A DNA stretch of 32,000 bases from Vibrio cholerae ATCC 14035 (GCF_000621645.1 NZ_JHXR01000009.1:90001-122000), one strand, 5' to 3'; positions 9,233 through 17,489 are shown, counted from the stretch's first letter. Made by a program: numbers and translations. Notes: generated by a model not told the origin, from the letters alone.

Positions 9233-10150
9233 CTAAAGTGAAGCCATCTTGATCCCATCAAGGTGGCTTTTGCATTGTTGGCGTGCGGTAGCGAAAAAGG
9301 CTTGCAGGTAGCGTTTGTCTTTTTCGCTATGGCGAGTGGCGGCAAACAAGCGACGCCATAGCCCTTTACCTAACGGTTTACTGGTGATGAGCCCTTGGCG
9401 TGAAAACTCGCTGATTGCCCAATTGGGTAGTGCCGCAACACCTAATCCTGCCGACACCATTTGTACCAGCATCAAGGTATTGTCGGCTTGCTTCCAGCGT
9501 GCGGGCTCAACGCCTGCGGGTTGCAAAAAGTGCTTCACCACATCCAATCTTTGCTTTTGCACCGGATAGGTGAGCATGGTTTGATCGATCAAATCTTGGG
9601 GCTCAATACCGGCTTTGTCAGCCAATGGATGGTTGGTGGCGGTGATAAGGCGCATTTCAAAATCAAACAGTGGCTCATAATGCACTTCTGAGCGTGGCAA
9701 AATATCCGAGGTGATCACCAGATCCAATTCCCCCGCTAACAGCGCGGGTAGAGGCTCAAACCCAAAGCCGGATGAAAAATCCAGCGCCACATTTGGCCAG
9801 CTGACCTGATATTCGCGCAGGGCGGGCATTAGCCATTGAAAGCAGGAGTGGCACTCAATCGCCATGTGCAGGCGTCCATTCACATCTTCTTTAAGGCTTG
9901 CCAGTTCATTCTCGGCGCGCGACATCTTAGGCAAAATATCGTCCGCCAAACGCAGCAAAATTTCGCCTTCGGCGGTAAAACGCACTGGGCGTGTTTTACG
10001 CAAAAAAAGCTGCCCGCCAATTCGCGCTTCCAAGTCTTTAATCTGATGCGAGAGCGCAGACTGGGTGAGATGCAACGAGGTCGCGGTGGCGGTCAGTGAA
10101 CCGGTATCGCGTAGCGAGATCAGCGTTTTCAAATGTTTCAGCTCTATCAT
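9233..10150 (-). CDS. metR: LysR-family transcriptional activator MetR
   Basis: 305 aa. It is nearly collinear with E. coli MetR as recalled (MIE.KHLKTL..LR..GSL..AA..LH.TQSALSHQ..DLE; IECHSC.QWL.PAL). It is divergent from metE. Confidence 0.9.
   Translation of the reverse strand: MIELKHLKTLISLRDTGSLTATATSLHLTQSALSHQIKDLEARIGGQLFLRKTRPVRFTAEGEILLRLADDILPKMSRAENELASLKEDVNGRLHMAIECHSCFQWLMPALREYQVSWPNVALDFSSGFGFEPLPALLAGELDLVITSDILPRSEVHYEPLFDFEMRLITATNHPLADKAGIEPQDLIDQTMLTYPVQKQRLDVVKHFLQPAGVEPARWKQADNTLMLVQMVSAGLGVAALPNWAISEFSRQGLITSKPLGKGLWRRLFAATRHSEKDKRYLQAFFATARQQCKSHLDGIKMASL
9241..9272 (+). terminator. Terminator hairpin of the DUF4250 gene, embedded in the last codons of convergent metR
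   Basis: AAGCCATCTTGAT, loop CCC, ATCAAGGTGGCTT (13-bp stem with one G-U pair) followed by TTTGC. The genes' stops are only 6 bp apart. Confidence 0.55.
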
Positions 10151-10211
10151 GAACTCTCCTCACTTATCCCTAAGCCAACATGAATTTTTAGCTAAGTTAC
10201 GCCGATTCTAC

Positions 10212-10235
10212 AGATCTGTAAACATCTAGATGGCT
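10212..10235. promoter_or_regulatory. Three tandem MetJ-box-like octamers (AGATCTGT AAACATCT AGATGGCT)
   Basis: Contiguous 8-bp units matching the AGACGTCT consensus at 5/8, 6/8 and 6/8, located in the metR-metE divergent spacer. Confidence 0.6.
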
Positions 10236-10341
10236 AAATCGGTAAAGGTAAATTGATAATCGCCAGTGCCAACATGAAAATTACTAATAAACAAGTTGAA
10301 TAAATGAACCTTGTCCTCGAAGGCGTACAACGCGATAGTTT

Positions 10342-10357
10342 AGCCATCCAGACATCT
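10342..10357. promoter_or_regulatory. Two tandem MetJ-box-like octamers (AGCCATCC AGACATCT)
   Basis: Matches of 5/8 and 7/8 to AGACGTCT, about 64 nt upstream of the metE ATG. TAGCCATC here mirrors GATGGCTA at 10229-10236. Confidence 0.5.
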
Positions 10358-10420
10358 TTCGATGTGCTGAGGCAGCTTAGAGCTTCTACGACCTATTAAG
10401 AACAGATAAAGGATTTTCAC

Positions 10421-12706
10421 ATGACAACGACACACATTCTTGGTTATCCCTGCATTGGCGAAAAACGCGAACTTAAATTTGCTCTTGAAAAATACTGGCG
10501 TGGTGAGATTGACCAAGCGGCTTTGAAACAGGTCGGTAGTCAAATTCGCCAACACAGCTGGGCATTGCAAAAAGAAGCTGGATTAGACTTTGTGACCGCG
10601 GGTGACTTTGCTTGGTACGACCACGTACTCACCACCACACTATTACTGGGCCATGTGCCTAAGCGCCATAGCCACGGTTTTCCTGATTTAGATACTTTGT
10701 TCCGTGTCGGTCGTGGTCAGTCACAAAATGCTTGTGGTTGTGGAACGGGTAGCGCGGCTTCTGATATGACCAAGTGGTTCAACACCAACTATCACTACAT
10801 CGTTCCGGAGTTCAGCTCTCACGATACGTTTAATGTGAGCTGGCCACAACTGTTTGAAGAGGTGAATGAAGCGCTGCAAGCGGGTCACGATGTAAAACCT
10901 GTGCTGCTTGGCCCAATCAGTTACCTCTATTTAGGCAAAGAAGTGGAAGAGGGTTTTGATCGGTTAACGTTGTTGCCGCGTCTATTGACCGCTTACCAAG
11001 CGATTCTGAGCAAGCTGGCGAAGCAGGGTGTGCAATGGGTACAAATCGATGAGCCTATTTTGGCGTTAGAGCTGGAACCCCGTTGGCAAGAAGCATTTAA
11101 ACTGGCTTATCAGGTGATCCGCGGTGACGTCAAACTGCTGCTGACCACTTACTTTGATTCAGTGTTAGATACGCTTGATAAGATAGTCGAACTGCCTGTC
11201 GATGGTTTGCATGTGGATATTTCGGCCGCTCCAGCGCAGCTCGAAACTATTGTGAACCGCTTGCCCTCCGATTGGGTGCTTTCTGCGGGGGTCATTAATG
11301 GCCGTAACGTTTGGCGTGCAGATTTGAGTGCCATTCTGGCTCGTCTACAACCTGTAAAAACCTTGCTGGGTGAGCGTTTGTGGGTCGCCAGTTCCTGTTC
11401 ACTGCTGCACAGCCCTGTCGATCTGGATCTGGAAGGCGATCTGAGCGCAGAAACCCGCAGTTGGTTTGCGTTTGCCAAGCAGAAAGTGACCGAAGTCGCC
11501 TTGCTCGGCCGTGCTCTGGAGGGGGATGCCGCCGCAATTTTAGCGTGTGATACCTACAGCCAGCCAATTGTTGCGCGCAAATCTTCTCACACGGTGAACA
11601 AGGCTTCTGTGCAAGCGCGTATCAACAATATTACGGCGGCATTGGCAGAGCGGAGTGCGCCTTATATTGAGCGTGCTCATCACCAAGCAGAAGTATTGGG
11701 TCTGCCTTTCTTACCGACCACGACCATTGGCTCTTTCCCACAAACAGGAGAGATCCGTACTGAGCGTAGTGCGTATCGCCAAGGCAAGCTGAGCGAGCAA
11801 GAGTATGTGCAAGCACTGAAAGGTCATATTGCTGATGCGGTTAAACGCCAAGAAGCACTAGGGTTAGATGTGCTGGTGCATGGTGAAGCGGAACGTAACG
11901 ACATGGTGGAATACTTTGCTGAAAACCTCGCTGGTTTCCAAACCACGCAGTTTGGTTGGGTGCAGAGTTACGGTTCACGCTGCGTAAAACCTGCGATTGT
12001 GGTGGCGGATATCGAACGTGAAAAACCGATCACGGTAGAGTGGTCAACTTACGCGCAATCTCTAACTTCTAAGCAGATGAAAGGAATGTTGACGGGGCCT
12101 GTGACCATTCTATGCTGGACCTTCCCACGTGAAGACATCAGCCGCCAAGAGATTGCTCAGCAATTAGCGTTGGCACTGCGTGATGAAGTGGCGGATTTGC
12201 AAGATGCAGGCATCAATATTATTCAAATTGACGAACCCGCGATTCGTGAAGGTTTACCACTGAAAAAACGCGATCATCAAACCTATTTAGATTGGGCAGT
12301 GCAAGCGTTTAAGATTTCCGCGGGTAGCGCGCGTCCGGAAACGCAAATTCATACCCATATGTGTTACAGCGAATTCAACGAGATCATCGAATCGGTTGCG
12401 GCACTGGATGCCGACGTGATCACCATTGAAACATCGCGCTCCAACATGGAACTGCTCAAAGCGTTTGAAGAGTTTAACTACCCGAACGAAATTGGCCCAG
12501 GCGTGTACGACATTCACTCACCGAACATTCCTGCACAAACATGGATTGAAGATCTGCTGCGCAAAGCAGCAGAAAAAATTCCAGCACAGCGTTTGTGGGT
12601 CAACCCAGATTGCGGTCTAAAAACCCGTAACTGGCCAGAAGTGGAAGCGGCACTCACCAACATGGTGAACGCAGCGAAAGCACTGCGCGCGGAATGGCAA
12701 GCTTGA
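10421..12706 (+). CDS. metE: Cobalamin-independent methionine synthase (5-methyltetrahydropteroyltriglutamate-homocysteine S-methyltransferase)
   Basis: 761 aa with full-length similarity to E. coli MetE as recalled ([27 protein letters not shown], and the C-terminal zinc-site region HMCYSEF ... NPDCGLKTR). Confidence 0.97.
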   Translation: MTTTHILGYPCIGEKRELKFALEKYWRGEIDQAALKQVGSQIRQHSWALQKEAGLDFVTAGDFAWYDHVLTTTLLLGHVPKRHSHGFPDLDTLFRVGRGQSQNACGCGTGSAASDMTKWFNTNYHYIVPEFSSHDTFNVSWPQLFEEVNEALQAGHDVKPVLLGPISYLYLGKEVEEGFDRLTLLPRLLTAYQAILSKLAKQGVQWVQIDEPILALELEPRWQEAFKLAYQVIRGDVKLLLTTYFDSVLDTLDKIVELPVDGLHVDISAAPAQLETIVNRLPSDWVLSAGVINGRNVWRADLSAILARLQPVKTLLGERLWVASSCSLLHSPVDLDLEGDLSAETRSWFAFAKQKVTEVALLGRALEGDAAAILACDTYSQPIVARKSSHTVNKASVQARINNITAALAERSAPYIERAHHQAEVLGLPFLPTTTIGSFPQTGEIRTERSAYRQGKLSEQEYVQALKGHIADAVKRQEALGLDVLVHGEAERNDMVEYFAENLAGFQTTQFGWVQSYGSRCVKPAIVVADIEREKPITVEWSTYAQSLTSKQMKGMLTGPVTILCWTFPREDISRQEIAQQLALALRDEVADLQDAGINIIQIDEPAIREGLPLKKRDHQTYLDWAVQAFKISAGSARPETQIHTHMCYSEFNEIIESVAALDADVITIETSRSNMELLKAFEEFNYPNEIGPGVYDIHSPNIPAQTWIEDLLRKAAEKIPAQRLWVNPDCGLKTRNWPEVEAALTNMVNAAKALRAEWQA

Positions 12707-12757
12707 TATACGCTTCCTACTTGAGGTTTACCTACAACGCCAAGTAGTTTGAGTAAA
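12707..12757. repeat. Miniature ERIC/IRU-like element consisting of the two terminal inverted repeats only
   Basis: TATACGCTTCCTACTTGAGG ... CCTACAACGCCAAGTAGTTTGAGTA parallels both ends of the full copy at 12831-12960. Confidence 0.55.
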
Positions 12758-12770
12758 CCGTTAGAAACCG

Positions 12771-12806
12771 CAAAGGCCTCTTATGAGGCCTTTGTTCTTT
12801 TCGTTT
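12771..12806 (+). terminator. Rho-independent terminator of metE
   Basis: Stem CAAAGGCCTC, loop TTAT, stem GAGGCCTTTG, followed by TTCTTTTCGTTT. Confidence 0.85.
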
Positions 12807-12830
12807 GTGTTGTTCGAGAGTCAATCTGGA

Positions 12831-12960
12831 ATATCCCCTTGCTACTTGAAGCTGCAGCGGTGTTGGCTACGTTCGTTCATCCCAATCACATAGTGTATCT
12901 ATGCTCATGGGGATGAGCTCACGTGCCACCTACCTGCAACTCCAAGTCGTTTGGGTATAG
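12831..12960. repeat. Full-length ERIC/IRU (enterobacterial repetitive intergenic consensus) element, about 130 bp
   Basis: The central part CGTTCATCCCAATCACATAGTGTATCTATGCTCATGGGGATGAGCTCAC resembles the ERIC core to which the ERIC1R/ERIC2 primers anneal. It has imperfect terminal inverted repeats, and its right end CTGCAACTCCAAGTCGTTTGGGTATAG recurs elsewhere in the window. Confidence 0.8.
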
Positions 12961-12980
12961 CTCGATGACTGTAAACTCGC

Positions 12981-13379
12981 TTAACCTTGCTTGCAGCTCT
13001 CTTTCGTGACCAACTGATCGGCCATTAATTGACCACGCGTGTTGCGCATTTGGATGCGGTAGCTGATCCCAACATCCAGATTCGAACGGATGTCTTTGTT
13101 AGCACAGAAGCTACTGACCGCGCTTTGCAGTACTTGCTCGGTCGGTTTGGCATTATTGGCATCCGTGTTGTACACCATCATTAGCTCAACAGTACTGCCT
13201 TTGGCGGTAGCACGGAGAATATTCAGTGGGCCAAACTCCAATGGTAACTCGGTCGAGAGTAAGCTGGCGCGGTTACCCGCCAATAGCTCAAGGTTACGCT
13301 GTTTTTCTGCTGAGCCAGAGCTGCAACCGACGAGAAGGAGAGTCGAGGCGATAACGCTGCTCAGGACGATTTTTTTCAT
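12981..13379 (-). CDS. aspS: Type II secretion pilotin lipoprotein, GspS-beta/AspS/YghG family
   Basis: I chose the ATG at 13379 (MKKIVLSSVIASTLLLVGC, a canonical lipobox) rather than the longer track ORF, which overlaps yciI. It encodes 132 aa. By eye it aligns with E. coli YghG as recalled (G.TV, two conserved Cys, GI.Y.I...TR.G). The start is 1 nt after the yciI stop. Confidence 0.7.
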   Translation of the reverse strand: MKKIVLSSVIASTLLLVGCSSGSAEKQRNLELLAGNRASLLSTELPLEFGPLNILRATAKGSTVELMMVYNTDANNAKPTEQVLQSAVSSFCANKDIRSNLDVGISYRIQMRNTRGQLMADQLVTKESCKQG

Positions 13380-13380
13380 A

Positions 13381-13677
13381 TCAGAATACTTTTTTGAAAG
13401 GTTTAACAATGACGTTGGCATAAACACCCGCGGCGACATAAGGATCGGCATCCGCCCAAGCTTGTGCTTCAACTAAGGAGGCGAACTCCGCGATCACGGT
13501 TGAGCCAGTAAAGCCTGCCTGTCCCGGATTTTCGGAATCGATGGCTGGCATAGGGCCTGCAGTGAGCAGACGGCCTTCATCTTGCAGTTGTTGTAAACGC
13601 TCCAGATGTTTTGGGCGCACGCTCAGACGTTTTTCTAATGAGTTCTCGACATCCTGCGCAAAAATCACATACCACAT
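13381..13677 (-). CDS. yciI: YciI-family protein
   Basis: 98 aa, near-identical in pattern to E. coli YciI as recalled ([71 protein letters not shown]). Confidence 0.9.
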   Translation of the reverse strand: MWYVIFAQDVENSLEKRLSVRPKHLERLQQLQDEGRLLTAGPMPAIDSENPGQAGFTGSTVIAEFASLVEAQAWADADPYVAAGVYANVIVKPFKKVF

Positions 13678-13751
13678 AACACTTTAATCCTTATCAACTG
13701 ACTAAAAGCAAAGTCAATACTCTACGCAACTCGCTCGTGAAACACAGCCTA

Positions 13752-14171
13752 TCAAGATGATTTCTGTGATCCATTGCTGAGGCTTATTGCTCTGGGGCGG
13801 CCATTTGCATCAATCGCCACATAGTTAAAGGTGGCTTCACACACTTGAAAACGTTCGCCGACCCCTTCTTCTTTGACCGGCTTAACCCACACTTCGAGAT
13901 TGATCGACATCGATGTGCGGCCAATCTTGGTGCATTCGCCGTAGCAACATACCACGTCACCGACTTTGACAGGTTTTTTAAAAGTGATACTGGAAACAGA
14001 AACAGTCACGATGCGTCCACAGGAGATCTCTTTAGCGAGAATACCGCCCGCTAAGTCGAGTTGAGACATGATCCAGCCGCCAAAGATATCGCCATTTGCA
14101 TTCGTATCGGCAGGCATTGCGAGTGTGCGCAGCAGAAGCTGGCCTTTAGGTGAATTTACGGTTTGATTCAT
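13752..14171 (-). CDS. yciA: Acyl-CoA thioester hydrolase YciA (hotdog fold)
   Basis: LRTLAMPADTNANGDIFGGW.MSQ.D..G.ILAKEI matches E. coli YciA. I prefer the ATG at 14171; the track ORF begins at a TTG (14192) inside the upstream hairpin. The start is uncertain and has no clear SD. Confidence 0.8.
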   Translation of the reverse strand: MNQTVNSPKGQLLLRTLAMPADTNANGDIFGGWIMSQLDLAGGILAKEISCGRIVTVSVSSITFKKPVKVGDVVCCYGECTKIGRTSMSINLEVWVKPVKEEGVGERFQVCEATFNYVAIDANGRPRAISLSNGSQKSS

Positions 14172-14185
14172 TTGGGGATCCACAG

Positions 14186-14217
14186 CAAACAAAACAGCGA
14201 CCGAATACGGTCGCTGT
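14186..14217 (-). terminator. Terminator-like hairpin between yciB and yciA
   Basis: On the minus strand it reads ACAGCGACCG, loop TATT, CGGTCGCTGT, followed by TTTTGTTT. It lies only about 15 nt upstream of the yciA ATG. Confidence 0.55.
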
Positions 14218-14255
14218 GGATTAGGGGGCGGATTATAACCACAAATTCGTCACTG

Positions 14256-14317
14256 GATCATCCCTTTATGCCCAGCCAATCTCCTTCCTGCTTGAAGTGC
14301 CAAATCGTTTGGGTATG
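14256..14317. repeat. ERIC-like right-end fragment
   Basis: CTTTATGCCCAGCCAATCTCCTTCCTGCTTGAAGTGCCAAATCGTTTGGGTATG parallels the right half of the copies at 12831-12960 and 18787-18886. Confidence 0.5.
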
Positions 14318-14330
14318 CCATCAGGACAAT

Positions 14331-14876
14331 TTATTGGTTTTTCTGTTTGGGTTCATGGGGAAGGTGTTTGTAGATGTAGCCCCCCGTGAGCAGAGTAAAC
14401 ACAAAGGTTGCCGCCAACAGACCAAATACCTTGAAATTGACCCAGACATCAAGCGGTAGGTGGTAGGCAACATAAAGATTGAGTGCAGCGCAGCCGCTGA
14501 AAAACATCACCCATGCCCAGTTAATGGTTGACCATACCGCATCCGGCAAGGTGAGCTCTTTACCGAGCATCCCTTTGATCGCAGGCTTACCCATGATCTG
14601 GCTGATGGTTAGACCGAGCGCAAAAACCACATACACAATCGTCACTTTCCATTTGATGAAGTTATCGTCATGCAGGGCTAAGGTCATGCCACCAAACAGA
14701 GCAACCATCACGAATGTGATGAGCTGCATTTTCTCCACTTTTTTGTACATAGCATAAGTGACAATCACTTGAAGTGTCGTGGCGGCGATCAGCGCCCCTG
14801 TTGCTACGTAGATGTCATAAAACTTATATAAAGCGAAAAAAATGATCAGTGGAATAAAGTCGAGCAGTTGTTTCAT
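14331..14876 (-). CDS. yciB: Intracellular septation protein A (YciB/IspZ), inner-membrane protein
   Basis: 181 aa. The N-terminus [22 protein letters not shown] is typical of YciB, and it has five hydrophobic segments. Confidence 0.9.
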   Translation of the reverse strand: MKQLLDFIPLIIFFALYKFYDIYVATGALIAATTLQVIVTYAMYKKVEKMQLITFVMVALFGGMTLALHDDNFIKWKVTIVYVVFALGLTISQIMGKPAIKGMLGKELTLPDAVWSTINWAWVMFFSGCAALNLYVAYHLPLDVWVNFKVFGLLAATFVFTLLTGGYIYKHLPHEPKQKNQ

Positions 14877-15033
14877 TTTGGGTACGTCCAGTCAAATGAG
14901 TGGCGACAGTGTAGCGAAACTCTTTGGCAAGAAAAACTGTTAAGCGATGTTTGGATTCTCTACAGAGGCAAGCGCCGGTCGCTTAAGTCATGCTCAAGGC
15001 TGTAATGATTTGAAGTCAGGAGGGAGGCGGAGA

Positions 15034-15060
15034 TAAACAAAGGATGGCTTTCGCCATCCT
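15034..15060 (-). terminator. Rho-independent terminator downstream of the small GemA-like gene
   Basis: On the minus strand it reads AGGATGGC, loop GAAA, GCCATCCT, followed by TTGTTTA. It sits about 49 nt after the stop at 15109. Confidence 0.6.
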
Positions 15061-15108
15061 CATCTGTAACACATGACGAAGATAAGTGCACTTACCTGAG
15101 CCATCAGA

Positions 15109-15333
15109 CTAGTTCGAAAAGTCATGTAACTCGTGAAGGTAGCCTTCGCTTCTTAGGGCTTCGAGGGTTGACGCTAATTCATCATCGGACATGGTTAAAC
15201 AGCTGGATTTACCCGTCATGCCATACAAGGTCTGCTGATAATCAAGCGCAGAGTAATAGCCCATACGATCTTCCAACAATTCACGCATTCCTATGTGAAT
15301 AAGGTCGTAGCAGTGGTGACGTTGTAATTCCAT
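15109..15333 (-). CDS. Small protein (74 aa) resembling the N-terminal conserved block of phage Mu GemA/gp16 (DUF1018)
   Basis: ATG at 15333 lies 7 nt after AAGGAG; the longer track ORF has no SD. The block LIHIGMRELL...YQQTLYGMTGKSSCLTMSDDELASTLEALRSEGY fits the recalled DUF1018 pattern (LIHIA...LG.DD..YR..L...TGK.S...MS..EL..VL..L...G). The family call is unverified. Confidence 0.5.
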   Translation of the reverse strand: MELQRHHCYDLIHIGMRELLEDRMGYYSALDYQQTLYGMTGKSSCLTMSDDELASTLEALRSEGYLHELHDFSN

Positions 15334-15393
15334 AATCAAACTCCTTGATTGCTGTTTGGAAAGTGGAGGCGACCCCAACGTTCATTTTTACTC

Positions 15394-15510
15394 AAACAGT
15401 CACTTCTATCCAAAAAGTCACTTCCATTTCCAAAGTCACTTCTATTCAAAAAGTAGCATCTACCTAAAAAAGTCACTATCTAAAAAAGTAACCTATACCC
15501 CAAAATAGCT
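15394..15510. repeat. Tandem array of about 7 direct repeats with an ~18-bp unit AAAAAGTCACTTCTATYC
   Basis: The AGT core starts at 15398, 15416, 15434, 15452, 15471 and 15487, giving spacings of 18, 18, 18, 19 and 16. A decayed copy lies near 15503. The array fills the spacer between the ydcF stop and the GemA-like gene. Confidence 0.85.
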
Positions 15511-15530
15511 AAGCAAAACCGATGCCACAA

Positions 15531-16178
15531 TCATGACATTTCAAGATTCACTTTTAATGGCAACAAGGCTTGATAGGCCTGCATCACTGGCTCTGGGATA
15601 GGTTGTGTGATTTGAAAACCCAGCGCTGGATAATCTCGGATGCGTTCAAAATCGCCCAGCATGGCATTGAGCACAAAATCACTGGTGAGCTCTGAAGTTA
15701 AATAGTCAAAAAAACTGCCTGCGGGTGAGCTGACCTGCACACTTTCGACCGATTCTGGCCACTGTTGCATAAATGTCGCATAAGCGCGACGTTCCATATA
15801 AGGTTTTTGCACCAGTAAGATGCGTTTGGCAGGCCAAGCTTGTTGCACCAGTAGCTGATGGCTGAAATGTAGATTTTCACCACTATTGGTCGATTGTGTC
15901 TCAAGCAAAATCGCGTGTTCAGGGACACTTGCATCTTTGGCGATCGCAGCAAAAGTCTCCGCCTCACTGTGGTTAAATACCCCTTGAGTAAAACGGCCAA
16001 AGCCACCGGAAAACAGTACATAAGGGGCAAGGCCTTGGTGGTAGAGTTTTGCCGCATGTTCTGCCACGCGGACATCGTTACTGCCGAGCACCAAAATCAG
16101 ATCCGCAACGTCGGGTTGTTGGTGCAATTGCAAGTAATCCCAAAGGGTTTCAATCTGTTGATACAAGCGTTTACTCAT
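15531..16178 (-). CDS. YdcF-family (DUF218) protein
   Basis: 215 aa. LILVLGSNDVRV...A..LY..GLAPYVLFSGG.G and QSTN.GEN follow the E. coli YdcF pattern as recalled. Its start overlaps the stop of the upstream SDR gene by 8 bp (ATGAGTAA). Confidence 0.8.
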   Translation of the reverse strand: MSKRLYQQIETLWDYLQLHQQPDVADLILVLGSNDVRVAEHAAKLYHQGLAPYVLFSGGFGRFTQGVFNHSEAETFAAIAKDASVPEHAILLETQSTNSGENLHFSHQLLVQQAWPAKRILLVQKPYMERRAYATFMQQWPESVESVQVSSPAGSFFDYLTSELTSDFVLNAMLGDFERIRDYPALGFQITQPIPEPVMQAYQALLPLKVNLEMS

Positions 16179-17001
16179 AACCGTGCACAGCCTCTAAGGT
16201 GTGAGAGAAATGAAAACGGTAACCAGCTGCCAATAATTTGTCGCACACAATCCGTTTCTCCTCTTTATCACACAGCGGTGGCAGAGGCAGGTCGCTTGCT
16301 ACTGCGTCGAGTGCGGCCTGATAAAACTCCGCTTTACTGACCGTGTTGGGGGTTGTGGCGTTGATAATCGAGTAGGGGAGCTGCTCTATCGAAAAATGAG
16401 CGATACCAATCGCGTCATACAGATGCAGCATATTGGCTGGCGCGAGTCGGCTGACTTGTGCCATTTTGCTGACAAAGCGTGATGGGTGGCGTTTAGGCCC
16501 CATCAGGCCACTGCAACGCAGAATGGTGTAATCCATACCTGAGGTGATCACATACTGTTCGGCTTTGAGTAAGATGCGCGCTTTCGCATCAAAAGCGGAA
16601 TTATCCAGTGCCAATGCCAAAGAGGCGTCTTGTTCATTCATCGTTTTGGCGATATCGGGATACACAGAGGTTGAACTGATCATCACCAGTTTTTGAATAT
16701 TGGCCTGTTTGGCATGCTGCACCAAGTTTTGCCAATGTTTGGCATAGTGCTCGCCAGCGCCTTGACGAAAACCGGGAGGAAAGCAGCCAATGACGGTATC
16801 GCATTGCCGCTCAAGCAAAGCATCGCTTAAGCCATCGGGTTGGTCTAATTGGCAAACAAAACTCTCAATACCTTGATCTTCAAGAGTTTGAACAGCCTGT
16901 GGGGTAGTGCGTGTCGCATACACAATATGGCCTTGTTGCTTAAGCCATTGTGCCAGTGGCAAACCTAGCCATCCTGCACCTATCACGACAACTCTTTTCA
17001 T
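16171..17001 (-). CDS. NAD(P)-binding Rossmann-fold protein, SDR/NAD-dependent epimerase-dehydratase-like
   Basis: 276 aa. The N-terminus MKRVVVIGAGWLGLPLAQWL is a GxGxxG dinucleotide-binding motif, and the length fits atypical SDRs. Confidence 0.7.
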   Translation of the reverse strand: MKRVVVIGAGWLGLPLAQWLKQQGHIVYATRTTPQAVQTLEDQGIESFVCQLDQPDGLSDALLERQCDTVIGCFPPGFRQGAGEHYAKHWQNLVQHAKQANIQKLVMISSTSVYPDIAKTMNEQDASLALALDNSAFDAKARILLKAEQYVITSGMDYTILRCSGLMGPKRHPSRFVSKMAQVSRLAPANMLHLYDAIGIAHFSIEQLPYSIINATTPNTVSKAEFYQAALDAVASDLPLPPLCDKEEKRIVCDKLLAAGYRFHFSHTLEAVHGYE

Positions 17002-17060
17002 CAGTTCATCCTTTATCTAAGAGCGAATGAGGTGGCTACCGTAACACAGTTGGAATCAAG

Positions 17061-17094
17061 GGAGAAAGGTAATGAGCGCAGTAAAGCGCTCATT
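17061..17094 (-). terminator. Hairpin after the 77-aa gene; a weak terminator candidate
   Basis: AATGAGCGC, 6-nt loop, GCGCTCATT at 17071-17094. On the minus strand it is followed only by ACCTTTCTCC, a poor U-tract. Confidence 0.35.
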
Positions 17095-17104
17095 CAAAAC
17101 AGGG

Positions 17105-17338
17105 TTACGCGTTCAGTACACGCAGTACGCGGTCAGCGTGTTCGGCAATCTCGATGCCTTCATCGGTGAGGTAACCACCATCAGGTTGAGTACATAAGCC
17201 TTTGTTATACAGACGAACCACAGCGGCTTGTACCGCTTCAGACGCATCGTGGTGCACTTTGATGCCGGTCGCTGCGCTGCTCAAATCAAATTGCAGCAGT
17301 AAATTAAGCTCATCGATGTGCTGTTGAGTGAATTTCAT
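17105..17338 (-). CDS. Small conserved hypothetical protein (77 aa), helical, possibly TIGR02647-type
   Basis: I prefer the ATG at 17338 (MKFTQQHIDELNLL...). The upstream part of the 126-aa track ORF is Cys/Leu-rich junk overlapping an ERIC-like repeat. The family name comes from memory only. Confidence 0.5.
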   Translation of the reverse strand: MKFTQQHIDELNLLLQFDLSSAATGIKVHHDASEAVQAAVVRLYNKGLCTQPDGGYLTDEGIEIAEHADRVLRVLNA

Positions 17339-17489
17339 GGCTATTACCTTTTTAAGCTGTTGTTGCGGCAACAATAGGCTGCGCAGCATCAACACGCAAT
17401 CTTGTGCTCGCAGAACTGTTAGCTTGACCCGATCTGGTGTTTTTTTCAGCGCAAAATGAGGGAAATGTTTTGAACAACAGCACAAAAGT

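Noticed and set aside
10275-10287. MetR binding site (TGAAAATTACTAA)
   Set aside because: It only partly matches the recalled TGAA-N5-TTCA-type consensus. Several similar weak matches exist in the spacer, so I cannot single one out.
10151-10420. Possible cobalamin riboswitch upstream of metE
   Set aside because: The spacer is only 270 bp and must hold two divergent promoters plus the MetJ boxes. I see no B12-box-like conserved core or the multi-stem architecture. CCAGTG at 10263-10268 is only a chance fragment.
13380-13472. Longer 163-aa version of the pilotin ORF
   Set aside because: The extension overlaps yciI and precedes a canonical lipoprotein signal peptide that starts at the internal ATG (13379).
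15394-15510. CRISPR array
   Set aside because: The repeats are contiguous 18-bp units with no unique spacers between them, they lack a palindromic repeat core, and no cas genes are present.
15109-15530. Prophage or Mu-like element suggested by the GemA-like gene
   Set aside because: Only one tiny gene shows phage affinity. There is no integrase, transposase, structural or lysis gene and no att-like duplication, and both flanks are conserved housekeeping genes.
15698-16340. 125-aa and 148-aa ORFs overlapping ydcF and the SDR gene
   Set aside because: They are alternative-frame or antisense to two genes with clear family motifs, and they have no SD.
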